Source: Planctomycetota bacterium (GTDB lineage Bacteria > Planctomycetota > UBA8742 > UBA2392). Taken from it: a DNA stretch of 64,000 nt. Of this stretch, positions 37,598 through 48,118 are shown piece by piece. Position numbers and translations under genes: made by a program. The stretch lies in the NCBI GenBank assembly GCA_016722065.1, contig JADKGX010000002.1:778256-842255 (forward strand), in the 5' to 3' direction. Position 1 is the first letter of the stretch, and each line of letters begins with the position of its first letter. Under the pieces are notes generated by a model that worked only from the letters and a program-made list of their open reading frames with translations, was not told the DNA's origin and did not search any database.

Positions 37598-39523
37598 ATG
37601 TCAATCCTTGCCCTCAACAACGTCACCAAAACCTATGACAGCCGCGTGGTGTTTACTGGCGCCAGTTTCGGGCTTGGCAGCCACGAGCGCGTGGGGCTGG
37701 TTGGCCCCAACGGCGAGGGCAAATCCACATTGCTGCGCCTGTTGGCAGGCATTGAGGCCCCCGACGAAGGCCAGCGCATTGCTGCCGTCGGTGCGCGCAT
37801 TGGCTTCTTTTCACAGGAACCAAAACTGGACCCCAAGCTGCGCGTGCGCGATGCCGTGCGTGCCGGGCTGGGCGACCGCGATTCGCTGCACGCCCGGCTG
37901 GAAGAGCTGCACCAGGAAATGTCCAAGCCGGGCCTGTCCACGGAAGCGCTGACAGAACTGATTGAAATCCAGGCGCACCTGGAAACCCGGCTGGCCGACA
38001 TGGGCGGTCACAACGTCGAACACCGTGTTGACGAAATGATCGGCCATCTGGGCCTGCGCGAGCCCGACGCCCTGTGCGGCGCGCTTTCGGGTGGTGAAGC
38101 CCGCCGCGTTTCGCTGGCCGCGATGCTGCTTTCTGACCCCGATGTGCTGCTGCTGGACGAACCCACCAACCACCTGGATGTGGTGGCCATTGACTGGCTG
38201 GAAGATTTCTTGCTGGCCAGCAACACGCCGCTGATCATGGTAACGCACGACCGCTATTTTCTGGATCGCGTGGTGCACCGCATCATTGAGGTCGACCGCG
38301 GCAAGCTCTATTCGACCGAAGGCGGGTACCAGGACTTTCTGGTCCAGCAGGCGACGCGCCTTGCCGCTGAATCCAACACCGAACAAAACCGCCTGGCCAC
38401 GATTCGCCGCGAAACGGCCTGGATCAAGCGCGGCGCCCACGGCCGCACCACCAAGGAAAAGGCCCGCGTCAACCGCTATCGCGACATGGTGGGCCAGGAC
38501 GAACTGGAGACGCGGCTGGAACTGGAGTTCCAGATTCCGGCCGGCCCACGCCTTGGCGGCAAGGTGATTCGCGCCCGCAACGTGGGCAAGAGTTACGGCC
38601 AGCGCGCGATTCTGAACGACGTGAACATGGAAATCACGGCCGGCATGCGGCTTGGCATTGTCGGCGCCAACGGCACCGGCAAGACCACGCTGTTGCGCAT
38701 TCTGACGGGCTCGCTGGCACCAGACACGGGCAGCGTAGAGATTGGCGAAACCGTGCGCGTGGCCAGCATTGACCAGACGCGCTCTGTGCTGGACGACACC
38801 AAGAGTGTCGTGGAAGAAGTGGCCGACAACGAAGACGGCATTGTCACGATTGACGGGCAGCTCAAGCGCGTGGCGCCTTTTCTGGACGGGTTCCTGTTTC
38901 CGGGCCAACGCAAGCACACCAAGATCAAGCTGCTGTCTGGCGGCGAACGCAACCGCGTGCTGCTGGCTAAGCTGCTGCTGCAGCACGGCAATGTGCTGGC
39001 GCTGGACGAACCCACCAACGACCTGGACCTGCCCACCCTGCGCGCCCTTGAGGAAGCCCTGTGCGCCTTTGAGGGCGTGGTGCTGGTCGTCAGCCACGAC
39101 CGCTACTTCCTTGATCGCGTCTGCACCCGCGTGCTGTATCTTGATGGCGGCGGCAACGCGCGTTTTCATGAAGGCGACATCGAAAGCCTGCTGGAACAAC
39201 TGCGCCGGGTCGGCACCTATGAAGTAACCAATGACCCGCAGGACGCACCAGCAGCCGCCACCGGCAAAGTGGACGAAGATTCCCGCCGCGCCCGCAAGAA
39301 GGCCGCCAACGAACTCAAGAACCTGCCCGCACGCATTGAGCAATTGGACGCCGAAGCCCACAAGCTGGACCAGCGATTGGCCGATTCCAGCCTGTACCTG
39401 ACCGCCAGCGGCAAGGCCGAAGCAGCCAAGCTGTCCGCCCGCCGCCAGGCCCTGACCCGCGACCTGGAAGCCCTCTACACCCGTTGGCAGGAACTAGAGG
39501 CGCTGGCGTCGGCGGCCGACTAG
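37598..39523 (+). CDS. ABC-F family ATPase (Uup-like, with C-terminal coiled coil)
   Basis: Two ABC cassettes: GLVGPNGEGKST / LSGGEARRVSLA / LLLDEPTNHLD, and GIVGANGTGKTT / LSGGERNRVLLA / LALDEPTNDLD. No TM domain. ATG 37598. Confidence 0.92.
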   Translation: MSILALNNVTKTYDSRVVFTGASFGLGSHERVGLVGPNGEGKSTLLRLLAGIEAPDEGQRIAAVGARIGFFSQEPKLDPKLRVRDAVRAGLGDRDSLHARLEELHQEMSKPGLSTEALTELIEIQAHLETRLADMGGHNVEHRVDEMIGHLGLREPDALCGALSGGEARRVSLAAMLLSDPDVLLLDEPTNHLDVVAIDWLEDFLLASNTPLIMVTHDRYFLDRVVHRIIEVDRGKLYSTEGGYQDFLVQQATRLAAESNTEQNRLATIRRETAWIKRGAHGRTTKEKARVNRYRDMVGQDELETRLELEFQIPAGPRLGGKVIRARNVGKSYGQRAILNDVNMEITAGMRLGIVGANGTGKTTLLRILTGSLAPDTGSVEIGETVRVASIDQTRSVLDDTKSVVEEVADNEDGIVTIDGQLKRVAPFLDGFLFPGQRKHTKIKLLSGGERNRVLLAKLLLQHGNVLALDEPTNDLDLPTLRALEEALCAFEGVVLVVSHDRYFLDRVCTRVLYLDGGGNARFHEGDIESLLEQLRRVGTYEVTNDPQDAPAAATGKVDEDSRRARKKAANELKNLPARIEQLDAEAHKLDQRLADSSLYLTASGKAEAAKLSARRQALTRDLEALYTRWQELEALASAAD

Positions 39524-39643
39524 CGCCCCCGCGCGAGTCGCGCCAGGTCCGGAAACATAGATCGCTTGTGACAAAACACGGAAAACGGGTGATTGAATCT
39601 GCATGCTCGCGTTATCATGCCGGTTCTCCAGCGGCGCCCGGAC

Positions 39644-39835
39644 ATGGAAGAACCAACCAAACTTGGCGTGTTTCGCCGTGGCATGCGCACCACGACCGAG
39701 CGTTTGGGTGAAGGCACACAGTTTCTTCGCCCGCAGAATGTTGAACGCCGCATGTTGATTCTGCTGCTGCCCTTGCTGGGCGCGGCCGCACTGACCAGTT
39801 GGGCGGTGGATGAATCCGGTGGCGTCGCCCAGTAG
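39644..39835 (+). CDS. possible small membrane protein upstream of the GGDEF gene
   Basis: ATG 39644 within ORF 39593..39835. C-terminal hydrophobic segment MLILLLPLLGAAALTSW. It ends 3 nt before the GGDEF gene start. No family; weak support. Confidence 0.3.
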   Translation: MEEPTKLGVFRRGMRTTTERLGEGTQFLRPQNVERRMLILLLPLLGAAALTSWAVDESGGVAQ

Positions 39836-39838
39836 TAT

Positions 39839-40828
39839 GTGCGCTTTGTGATGCTGCCATCTTCAGTGCTGTTCTTTGGCCTGCTGGGATTGGCCTTCAA
39901 GTCGCGGCCCTCACAAATCTGGCGTGTGCGCGCGATCGTGCTGGTGCTGGGCCCGGGCATTGTGCTGGTGGGCTACGGCGATCAGTTGTGGCGCCTGGCC
40001 CAGGGCGGGTTTGATGCCGAGTACTACTTCAGCATGTCGGTCTGGATCATTTTCTCGTGCGCGCTGTACGTGTTTCTCCTGCCTTCGCGATACTCCTGGC
40101 GGTTTGCCTTTGCCTACTACCTGCTTTCGCTGGCCATGCTGGGCATGGGGCTGGCTTACAACTCCTTCACGCTGCCCTCGGTTGTATCCAACGATATCAT
40201 CCTCAATGACGTGATTGCCCCGCCCGTGTTCATTGCGCTGCTTTCGGCCTTTACGCGCCTGCGCACCGAATATGCAGCCGCCAAGGCACAGGCCAACGAC
40301 CTGCGTGAACTGACGCTGGTCGACGGCCTGACGGGGCTGCAGAACCGCCGGGCGTTTTCGCAGTCATTCAAGCGCGCCAAGGCCAGGCTGCTGCGCAACA
40401 AAACGCCGCTGTGCGCGATGATTTTCGACATTGACCATTTCAAATCCGTCAACGACACCTTTGGTCACCATGTGGGTGACGAGGTGATCTGCAAGCTGGG
40501 CGAAGTGCTTTCTCAGCAGTTGCGCGGAACCGACGAAGTGTTTCGCTGGGGCGGCGAAGAGTTTGCGGCCCTGCTGGACGAAACCCCCAGCGCCAGGCTG
40601 ATGGAAGTGGCCCAAAGAGTGCGCCTGGCGGTGCAGAATGCCAAGCTGCTGCCCCAGCGGCCCGTAACAATCAGCATTGGCGCGACCCACGTGCTGCCCC
40701 AGGACACCGAAGAAAGCGTGTTCCAGCGCGCCGACGCCGCGCTGTACCGCTCCAAACAGGAAGGCCGCAACCGGGTCACCATCGCCGACGAAACACAGCA
40801 GCCGGCCACGGACTCCAACCCCGGATAA
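39839..40828 (+). CDS. diguanylate cyclase (GGDEF domain) with an N-terminal multi-TM sensor region
   Basis: DGLTGLQNRRAF, IFDIDHFKSVND, RWGGEEFAALL and ADAALYRSKQEGRNR. About 5 N-terminal TM segments. Start is GTG 39839, or ATG 39851. Confidence 0.88.
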   Translation: MRFVMLPSSVLFFGLLGLAFKSRPSQIWRVRAIVLVLGPGIVLVGYGDQLWRLAQGGFDAEYYFSMSVWIIFSCALYVFLLPSRYSWRFAFAYYLLSLAMLGMGLAYNSFTLPSVVSNDIILNDVIAPPVFIALLSAFTRLRTEYAAAKAQANDLRELTLVDGLTGLQNRRAFSQSFKRAKARLLRNKTPLCAMIFDIDHFKSVNDTFGHHVGDEVICKLGEVLSQQLRGTDEVFRWGGEEFAALLDETPSARLMEVAQRVRLAVQNAKLLPQRPVTISIGATHVLPQDTEESVFQRADAALYRSKQEGRNRVTIADETQQPATDSNPG

Positions 40829-40981
40829 GCGCGGATCAACATCGACAAAGCCATTCAGACTGCGCAAACAAACAGCCCCAAAGCAGAGGTTCGGCAACGT
40901 TGCGATGCAACGGGCGCCTTGCGCGCACCACGGCGCAGGAGTGGGCCAAAGTCGCAGCGCAGCAGTTGCGAAGCGGCAGGA

Positions 40982-42985
40982 TCAAAGATTCAGCAGGCGG
41001 GCCAGGTAGCCTTCCCGCGCGGCCAGCAGCAGGCCGCCGACTACCAGCAACACGACAATCAGCGTGCTCAGCAGCACGATCAGCATCAGCATGCCCGGGC
41101 TGACGCGCTGTTTCTCGGCTTCGTCCATTCTGGCGCTGATCTGCTTCAGCAGGCCGCTTACCTGCGCCAGCCCGGCTTCGTCTTCTTCGTGCAGCAGGTC
41201 CAGCACACCGCGCGCAGCAGCGTCGGTCTGGCGTTTGCGCTTGGGCCGCACGCGGTCGGTTGATTTTTCGCGGCCTGTGGCCGGCACATCGCCCGAGGCA
41301 ACTTCCTGTTGCAGATCAAACACCTCTTCCTGGCTGGTGGGCGGAGTGGCGCTCATGCCACTGGTGGGCGCGTGGTCGCCGCCGGGCAGAACCAGCGGCA
41401 GGGGTCCATAGCGCTTGACCGGCCCCAGCGTGGGGTTGGCCAGAAAGGCTTCTGCATCTGCCTCAGCGCGCACTACGTCGTCCAGCACTGCCTGCATGGA
41501 ACCGTAACGGTCGTCCAGCTTGATTTCCATCATCTTGCCGACGAGATAACTGACCCAGGCCGGAATGTCGCGCTGCAGGTGGCTTGGCGGCACGATCTCG
41601 CGCGAGCGTTGTTGTTCCAGAATGTCCATCACGTTGCTGCCCTCAACGTGACGCTGGCCGGTCATCAGATAGAACAGTGTGGCGCCAAAGCTGTAGACGT
41701 CACTGCGCTGGTCCAGTTGCTTGCCGCTGACCTGTTCGGGGCTCATGTAATGCGGCGTGCCCACCACCATACCGGTGCGTGTCAGGTGCACGTCCATAGG
41801 CTCGCCATAAATACGGGCCAGCCCGAAGTCGACCAGCTTCAACAGGTTGTGGCGCTCCGAATACAGAATGTTGTCGGGCTTGATGTCGCGGTGAATCACT
41901 CCGTGGCTGTGGGCGTAACCAAGGGCTGCCCCAATGTTCTTGAGAATGCGCACCCCGAAGTCCCACGTGATGCGTCGGCCTGCGCCAATTTCATGGTCCA
42001 GTGGCAGGCCGTCGATGTACTCCATCACGATTGCGCTGCCGCGCGGGAACTTCAGAAAGTCGTACACCTTGACGATGCCCGGGTGGTCCAGTTCCTTCAG
42101 CAGCATCGCTTCGTGTTCGACGCGTTGTTCGACCTTCATGCCGGGCTTGAGCTCGGTGCGGATGTCCTTGACGGCCACAACCTTGCCCTTGCCACGCGGG
42201 TCGCGGCAAAGATAGACCACCCCCATGCCGCCCTTGCCGAGCTGCAGGATAACGTCAAAGCGCTTGGCTACCTCGGGGCTGGGCGGAATCTCGCCCTCCT
42301 CGATCTGGTAGTGGCGCATGGCTTCTTTTTCTTCCTTCTCAATCTCTGCGGCCAGGGCCGCGCGGGCCAGTTCCTTGGCCGCGGCGTCAACCGCGCTGTG
42401 GCCCTTGCGCGGGATTTTGCTGGTCGCCGAAGCCGGCACTGGCGTGGGCCGCACCGGCAGTTCTGCGGCCTTGCCCGGCATCGCCTTTGGCAGGGCGGTC
42501 AGGCTGGGCACTGACGACGGCTCCAGTTCCGGCGCGCTGGCCGGGCGGTGGCGTTCACTGGTGTGTGATTTCAGATCGGCTTGGCTGCGAATACCGGATT
42601 GATCCCAGCCCGGTGCCCGCACGCCTTGAAACTGGCCGGGGTACAGGCTGGCCGAGGCGCTGGGCGTCTCGGTCATGGTTTCGGTCAAGGGTTCGGTGCC
42701 GGTGTCTTCTGGTTCCAGTTCGGCGGCGTCGTCGCGGTCGTCAACATCCAGCGTGTCATCGGCCAGTTCGCCAAACATGGGTGCGGCGTTGGTCGGCCGC
42801 ACAGTGACCTGTGTTTTGGGCCTGGAAGTCGGGCGGTGCGAAGCCTGAGGCGGGCGGTCTTCCTCGCCCGCCACCTGAGTTTCGTCGCGGCCTGCGTCCT
42901 GGGCGCCGTCAACCTTGCCGGTGGGCTTGCTCGCGTCGCCGCTCTCGGGCCGCAATTCGGGTAAAGGCTCGGGCAGCCCGGGCAT
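40982..42985 (-). CDS. Ser/Thr protein kinase, C-terminally tail-anchored, with a long disordered N-terminal region
   Basis: LGKGGMGVVYLC, VAVKDI, HRDIKPDNILY, DFGLARIYG and GTPHYMSPE. C-terminal TM segment MLMLIVLLSTLIVVLLVVGGLLLA. The start is uncertain: ATG 42985 is chosen, and the listed ORF extends to 43180. Confidence 0.85.
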   Translation of the reverse strand: MPGLPEPLPELRPESGDASKPTGKVDGAQDAGRDETQVAGEEDRPPQASHRPTSRPKTQVTVRPTNAAPMFGELADDTLDVDDRDDAAELEPEDTGTEPLTETMTETPSASASLYPGQFQGVRAPGWDQSGIRSQADLKSHTSERHRPASAPELEPSSVPSLTALPKAMPGKAAELPVRPTPVPASATSKIPRKGHSAVDAAAKELARAALAAEIEKEEKEAMRHYQIEEGEIPPSPEVAKRFDVILQLGKGGMGVVYLCRDPRGKGKVVAVKDIRTELKPGMKVEQRVEHEAMLLKELDHPGIVKVYDFLKFPRGSAIVMEYIDGLPLDHEIGAGRRITWDFGVRILKNIGAALGYAHSHGVIHRDIKPDNILYSERHNLLKLVDFGLARIYGEPMDVHLTRTGMVVGTPHYMSPEQVSGKQLDQRSDVYSFGATLFYLMTGQRHVEGSNVMDILEQQRSREIVPPSHLQRDIPAWVSYLVGKMMEIKLDDRYGSMQAVLDDVVRAEADAEAFLANPTLGPVKRYGPLPLVLPGGDHAPTSGMSATPPTSQEEVFDLQQEVASGDVPATGREKSTDRVRPKRKRQTDAAARGVLDLLHEEDEAGLAQVSGLLKQISARMDEAEKQRVSPGMLMLIVLLSTLIVVLLVVGGLLLAAREGYLARLLNL

Positions 42986-43199
42986 TTCTTCGGGTGTGTG
43001 GTCGCTGGGTACCAAAGGCCGCTCCAGGAATGCGACTACTGTACCCGCTGGCCACCGGAAACAAAAGCACAGCGGGCGATGCCTTTGCAGCGCAAGCCCC
43101 ATGCCATAGGATGCCCGCGGGCCCCGACACTTGCATGCATCCTGGCGCGCGGCAAAGCAGGCCGCCGCCCGGACCCGCAAACCGATTCAGGAGTTGCAC

Positions 43200-44180
43200 A
43201 TGAAACTGCACTGGTGCCAGCGCGCATTGCTTGGCCTTTGTCTGCTGGCCATTGCTGCCAGCGCCGGGTTTGTCGTGGGCGCCCAGGAAACACCCGGCCA
43301 AGGTAACCAGACCACGCTGGAAGTAGGCCAGGTCATGAGCGTGGGCGGCAAGATCATCACTGCCGAAGACCTGATCGCCCGCGTGTGGGACAACGAATCC
43401 GTTCTGTCACCCGAAAAGCGCGTGCTGGTTCCTTCGTTGACCTATCTGCGTGACGTGGCCTTGCTGGACTTGGAGGCCGCACGCATGGGCCTTGTGCTGT
43501 CACCCCAGGAAATCAACGACGGCACCGAACAGCAGCTCAAGACAATTCGCGAAGAGGTCAAACGCAAGTCGCAGGGCACGCTGCCCTTTGAGGACTGGCT
43601 GGCGCAGCAAGGACTTACGCTGGAGGCCTTTGAGGCCTATGTGCGCGACCGCACCCCGATCATTCTGCACAAGCGGGTGCTGGTGAACTATTTCAAGGAC
43701 AACACGGAAAGCCTGGAGGCTTGGCACATTCTGGTCAAGAAAGAGGAAGACGCCAAGGCGATCTACGACGAGTTGAAAGCCCTGCCCCCGGAAAAGCGGC
43801 GTGAGCGGTTTGAGGAACTGGCGGTGCAGAAAAGCATCGATGGATCCTCTAACCTGAACAAAGGCCGCATCGGGCGCATATTCCGCAACGCCGCCACACT
43901 GGTACCAGAGGCCGAAGATGCGGTGTGGGGTATCAAGGACGGCGAAGTCACGGCGCCGATCAAATCAACCTACGGCTGGCATGTCTTCATGCGCCGGCAG
44001 ACGTTTGCGCCCGTTGTCAAACCGCTTGCGCAGGTGCGTGCCGCGTTGATGAAAGCCACCGACGTAGGCGAAGACGATTTCAATACCTGGGTGCGCTGGG
44101 CTGCGACGACGCAGAAGTACAAGATTGAACGGCGCCTGCCAGGCTATGACTGCAAGCCCAACCAGAAAGGAAGCAAGTAA
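43200..44180 (+). CDS. PpiC-type peptidyl-prolyl cis-trans isomerase (SurA/PrsA-like), secreted
   Basis: ATG 43200 preceded by caggag. Signal-like LLGLCLLAIAASAGFVVGAQE. Parvulin block AWHILVKKEEDAKAIYDELK...STYGWHVFM. Confidence 0.8.
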   Translation: MKLHWCQRALLGLCLLAIAASAGFVVGAQETPGQGNQTTLEVGQVMSVGGKIITAEDLIARVWDNESVLSPEKRVLVPSLTYLRDVALLDLEAARMGLVLSPQEINDGTEQQLKTIREEVKRKSQGTLPFEDWLAQQGLTLEAFEAYVRDRTPIILHKRVLVNYFKDNTESLEAWHILVKKEEDAKAIYDELKALPPEKRRERFEELAVQKSIDGSSNLNKGRIGRIFRNAATLVPEAEDAVWGIKDGEVTAPIKSTYGWHVFMRRQTFAPVVKPLAQVRAALMKATDVGEDDFNTWVRWAATTQKYKIERRLPGYDCKPNQKGSK

Positions 44181-45178
44181 TGCCAACCTGGATCTTGCGC
44201 GCCTGTCTGGCGCTGGTGGCTCTGTGCCTTGCCGCGGGAATCGGCTTTTTTGCCGGAGCCCAGGAACAGCCCCGGCGCCCGTTGCGCACCCTCAAGCCGG
44301 GCCAAGTCGCCCGCGTGGGCGACAGCACCATCACCGCCGAACAGTACGTGCAGCGCGTGCTGGAATACGAACGCACCCAGGACCCCGCCAGCCGCATGGC
44401 AGCCCGCCTGCTGGACAGCCTGGTGGCAGAACGAATGCTGGACCTGGAGGCCGAGCGCCTGGAAGCCCGCATCAAGCCCCGCGAACTGGAAGCCGAAGTC
44501 ACGCGCATGGTCGACTACTACAAGGACCTGCTGGAATCCACCAACCGCGACCTGCTGGAAAGCCAGCGCAAGGCCGGCCAGCCCGAGCGCCCCTGGACCT
44601 GGGCCGAGTGGCTGCGCGAACGCCTTCAGGTAACGGAACTGGAGTTCAACGCCACCTGTGCGCGTTCAGCCCGTAACACGCTGCTCAAGCGCATGATCAT
44701 CTGGTACTGGTATCGATCCAGCCCCAACATCGACGTGCTGCTGATTGAGAACCGCAGCAAGGAAAAGATTGAGGAAGCCTCGCGCCGTGTGGCAGCCGGG
44801 GAAGATTTTGCAACGCTGGTACCCAAGTTCAGTTCCCACCGCAGTGCGTCGCAGAACATTCCGGGCATGTTTGCGGAAGTGATTCGCGGCGACGGCAGCC
44901 TTTCCACCAAGGCTTCGGACATCGCCTGGGCACTCAAGGACAAGGCCACCAGCACGCCCTTTGAAGACGACGGCAAGTGGTATCTGATCAAGCGCCTGAA
45001 AAGCAACAGCAACCCGGTTAATGAAGCGGCTTTCGCGCTGCAGCGCGACGACTGCCTGAAGGCGCCCAACATTGATGCCAACATGTTTGAACGTTGGCGC
45101 AACTCAGTGGCCGGCAGCGGTCGTTATGTCTACGAACGCCGCATGCCAGGCTGGGATTGCGAAGCCGACGAGCCCTGA
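44180..45178 (+). CDS. PpiC/SurA-like protein (tandem paralog with a degenerate parvulin domain)
   Basis: ATG 44180 overlaps the upstream TAA (TAATG). Similar signal sequence ACLALVALCLAAGIGFFAGAQE. Parvulin-like region IDVLLIENRSKEKIEEASRRVAAGEDFATL...DGKWYLIK. Confidence 0.7.
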   Translation: MPTWILRACLALVALCLAAGIGFFAGAQEQPRRPLRTLKPGQVARVGDSTITAEQYVQRVLEYERTQDPASRMAARLLDSLVAERMLDLEAERLEARIKPRELEAEVTRMVDYYKDLLESTNRDLLESQRKAGQPERPWTWAEWLRERLQVTELEFNATCARSARNTLLKRMIIWYWYRSSPNIDVLLIENRSKEKIEEASRRVAAGEDFATLVPKFSSHRSASQNIPGMFAEVIRGDGSLSTKASDIAWALKDKATSTPFEDDGKWYLIKRLKSNSNPVNEAAFALQRDDCLKAPNIDANMFERWRNSVAGSGRYVYERRMPGWDCEADEP

Positions 45179-45226
45179 ACCCGCAGCGCCACCCAAAGCA
45201 GATTTGAAAGCAACTGGAAAAAGCCC

Positions 45227-45955
45227 ATGAACCAGCCTGACCAGCCCCATGCTGATGCGCAAGAACAGCCCGCCGACGACGCCACCAGCGCCGGGGACAT
45301 CATCATGGGTGCGACCATTCCGCAGGATGCGCTGGCGGCCAAACTGGAAGCCCTGCTGTTTGTGCACAGCAAGCCGGTTACAGCGCGGCGCCTTGCGGAC
45401 CTGGTGGAGTTGCCTTCGGTGATACCGGTCAAGCAGGCATTGGAGTTTCTGGCCCGCCGGCATGAACAATCCGGCAGCGCTTTTACGCTGCAGAACCTTG
45501 CCGCCGGTTACATGCTTTCGACACGACCCGAACACGACGACATGCTGAAGAAACTCGTGCGCGAGCGAGAAGCCCAGAAGCTGTCGCCGGCAACACTGGA
45601 AGCACTGGCAATCATTGCCTACAAGCAGCCGATCGGCCGCCAGGAAATCGAGAACATTCGTGGTGCCGGCGCGGACCACCTGGTGCGTGCGCTGCTGGAC
45701 CGCGGCTTGGTCAAGGTAGGAGAACGCGACACAAGCAAGGGCAACGCGGCGCTGTATGTCACGACCGCGGAGTTCCTGCGCGCCTTTGGACTCAAGGCCC
45801 TCAGTGAGCTGCCCACCCAGGCCGATTTGAGCACCGGCCCCGGCCCCGCCGGAGAGGCCGAAGTCGACCAATCCGATGCTTCTGAGCCTGACGCCGACGA
45901 CGATGCTGACGACGCTGATGATGCCGATGCAGAAGAATCGGACGGAGAAGAATAA
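45227..45955 (+). CDS. scpB: segregation and condensation protein B with an acidic C-terminal tail
   Basis: LEALLFVHSKPVTARRLADL, LSPATLEALAIIAYKQPIGRQEIENIRG and ALYVTTAEFLRAFGL. The tail is DADDDADDADDADAEESDGEE. Confidence 0.88.
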   Translation: MNQPDQPHADAQEQPADDATSAGDIIMGATIPQDALAAKLEALLFVHSKPVTARRLADLVELPSVIPVKQALEFLARRHEQSGSAFTLQNLAAGYMLSTRPEHDDMLKKLVREREAQKLSPATLEALAIIAYKQPIGRQEIENIRGAGADHLVRALLDRGLVKVGERDTSKGNAALYVTTAEFLRAFGLKALSELPTQADLSTGPGPAGEAEVDQSDASEPDADDDADDADDADAEESDGEE

Positions 45956-45969
45956 CAGGTGGCCGCTTC

Positions 45970-46833
45970 ATGACCTCGCCCGACGACACCTTTGCTGTGC
46001 CCGGCGCCGACGGCTTGGCCGTCAAGGGCGACCTGTACCTGCCCCGTGGCATTTCGGCCCCGCCGCTGGTTGTTGGCCTGCATGGTTTCAAGGGCTTCAA
46101 AGACTGGGGTTTCTTTCCGTGGCTGGGGCGCACACTGGCCGATGCCGGCCTGTGCGTCGCGCTGATCAACTTTTCGCACTGCGGCATCGAAAGACCCGGC
46201 GATCGCTTTGACCGCCTCGACTTGTTCGAAAAAGACACCTGGGGCAAGCGTCTGGCCGATGTGCTGGCCGTGCTGGGCGCCGCACAAGAAGCCAAGCTAA
46301 CCACCAAGGCCGCGCCAAACCCGGCGCGCCTTGGCCTGATGGGCCACAGCATGGGCGGCGGTGTTGCGCTGTTGACGGCAGCCAAAGACGGCCGGGTGCG
46401 GTCGGTAGTGACATTGGCAGGTGTGGCCCGGGCAACGCGCTTTGACGGCCCGGACCTGCGCGATCAACTGAAAGCCTTTGGGCACGTCAAGGTAAGCAAC
46501 GCGCGCACCGGCCAGGAAATGCGTGTGGGCCAAAGTTACTTTGAAGAACTGGATAACAACCCCGCGGCCTTTGATGTTTGCGCGGCAGCGGCCCAAGTGA
46601 CCCTGCCCTGGCTGTTGATTCACGGCGGCGACGACGAATCCGTGCCGCTGGAAGAAGCCCACGAACTTCTGGATCACGCCAACAAAAACGCCATCCAGGG
46701 CGAAAACGTCAAGCTGCTGACACTGGACGGCACCGGCCACACCTTTGGCGCCGGCCATCCCTTCGGGTTTCCGTCGGCTCACCTTGAGCAAGCCGCCGCC
46801 GCCGCCTGCGCTCACTTTCTGCGCACGCTTTGA
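45970..46833 (+). CDS. alpha/beta hydrolase
   Basis: Nucleophile elbow GLMGHSMGGGVAL; later LLIHGGDDESVP and TGHTFG, consistent with a Ser-Asp-His fold. Confidence 0.8.
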   Translation: MTSPDDTFAVPGADGLAVKGDLYLPRGISAPPLVVGLHGFKGFKDWGFFPWLGRTLADAGLCVALINFSHCGIERPGDRFDRLDLFEKDTWGKRLADVLAVLGAAQEAKLTTKAAPNPARLGLMGHSMGGGVALLTAAKDGRVRSVVTLAGVARATRFDGPDLRDQLKAFGHVKVSNARTGQEMRVGQSYFEELDNNPAAFDVCAAAAQVTLPWLLIHGGDDESVPLEEAHELLDHANKNAIQGENVKLLTLDGTGHTFGAGHPFGFPSAHLEQAAAAACAHFLRTL

Positions 46834-46896
46834 TCACTCGGCCCCGGCCTATTTGTTGTGCGCTCTCTGGCACATGTTGCAATCTGTGCGTATAGC

Positions 46897-47262
46897 ATGG
46901 GCGGGAGCAACGACCGTCACATGATTCGATTCTCGTTTGACCCAAAGCCGGAAGACGAACTCGCCTTTGAGCACTTTTCGCTTGAGGGTGACAACACCCG
47001 TGGCTACGTGCTGCTGGCCTGGAACACCGTGCCCACCGGTACGCCCGAGCAAGAACTGCCCGAAATGCTTCAAATGTGGTTTGAAACACTTGGCGAGGCC
47101 ATGAAGCACTGCGTCAACGAGCTGGGCATCATGAAAGACCAGTGGCATGCCCCAACGGCTTCGTCGCCGCCCAGCCAGTTCGATTCCGTGCGGCGGCGCC
47201 GCGCTGGCGACGACAGCACGGTGCTGAACCCGAACAACGTAAAGAAGCGCGAAGAAAAGTAG
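46897..47262 (+). CDS. hypothetical protein
   Basis: Coding-like codon pattern. Start is ambiguous: GTG 46858, ATG 46897 or ATG 46921. No family recognised. Confidence 0.5.
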   Translation: MGGSNDRHMIRFSFDPKPEDELAFEHFSLEGDNTRGYVLLAWNTVPTGTPEQELPEMLQMWFETLGEAMKHCVNELGIMKDQWHAPTASSPPSQFDSVRRRRAGDDSTVLNPNNVKKREEK

Positions 47263-47314
47263 ACCCGCCGGCCCTGCATCTTTCGCGCCGGTTGTGACGC
47301 GCTAGATTGCGACC

Positions 47315-47995
47315 ATGGCCGCCAACACCTGGATCTTGACCCTGCACCTGATTGGCCTGTTCACGTGGGTGGGTGCCCTGCTGCTGCTTTCGCGCATGCT
47401 GATATTCGCGGCCAAGCAGCCCGCGGATGCGGCGACGCCGCTGGTGGGCTTGATGCGCCGCCTGTACATGGGCTCGTGCCTGCCGGGCGGCGTGCTGGCC
47501 ATTGTTGCGGGCCTGTTGATGCTGCACGGCGTGGGCAGCCAGTTGGGTGGCCCAGGCGCGGCCCTGAAATTCTACTTCGTCCCCAAGCTTGAAAACGGCA
47601 CGCCGTCGTTCTGGTACGTCACGTTTCACGTCAAGATGGTCTCGGCCGTGCTGCTGTTCCTGTGCGACATGTACCTGCTGCGCCATCTGGGGCACCTGGC
47701 GCGAGGCAGCCAGCCAAAATCAAACTGGCCGCTGGCCACACTGATGGGACTGATTGCTTCGCTGGCCTTGCTGTTGATTGTATGGCTGCCGCTGGGCGCA
47801 CTACATGTTTCGTCGCCACGACTGATCGGCTATGCCGTCGGCTTGCCGGCGGGGATTGCTGCCTTTGTGGCCGGCATGAAAATCAAATCCGCCCGTTTGC
47901 GTTACGTTACCCTGCACATTTGCATTGCGACATTGATGGTACAGGCGCTGGTGTTGATCATCGCCAAGCCGTTGTCCGGCGGCGTGCCGCTCTAA
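47315..47995 (+). CDS. membrane protein, HemJ/CopD-like (tentative)
   Basis: N-terminal WILTLHLIGLFTWVGALLLLSRMLIF resembles the W..(K)..H...W.G......R pattern of HemJ-family proteins. 5-6 TM segments. The functional call is weak. Confidence 0.5.
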   Translation: MAANTWILTLHLIGLFTWVGALLLLSRMLIFAAKQPADAATPLVGLMRRLYMGSCLPGGVLAIVAGLLMLHGVGSQLGGPGAALKFYFVPKLENGTPSFWYVTFHVKMVSAVLLFLCDMYLLRHLGHLARGSQPKSNWPLATLMGLIASLALLLIVWLPLGALHVSSPRLIGYAVGLPAGIAAFVAGMKIKSARLRYVTLHICIATLMVQALVLIIAKPLSGGVPL

Positions 47996-48118
47996 GCAGG
48001 CGGCGGCGACCGCAACGCATCGAACGCGAAGCGTAAGCGAGCGGAACGCACGGCCTGAACCACAGATGAACGCGAAAAACACCGTACGGCACGTATCCAT
48101 GCCGACCCGACGCGTGGC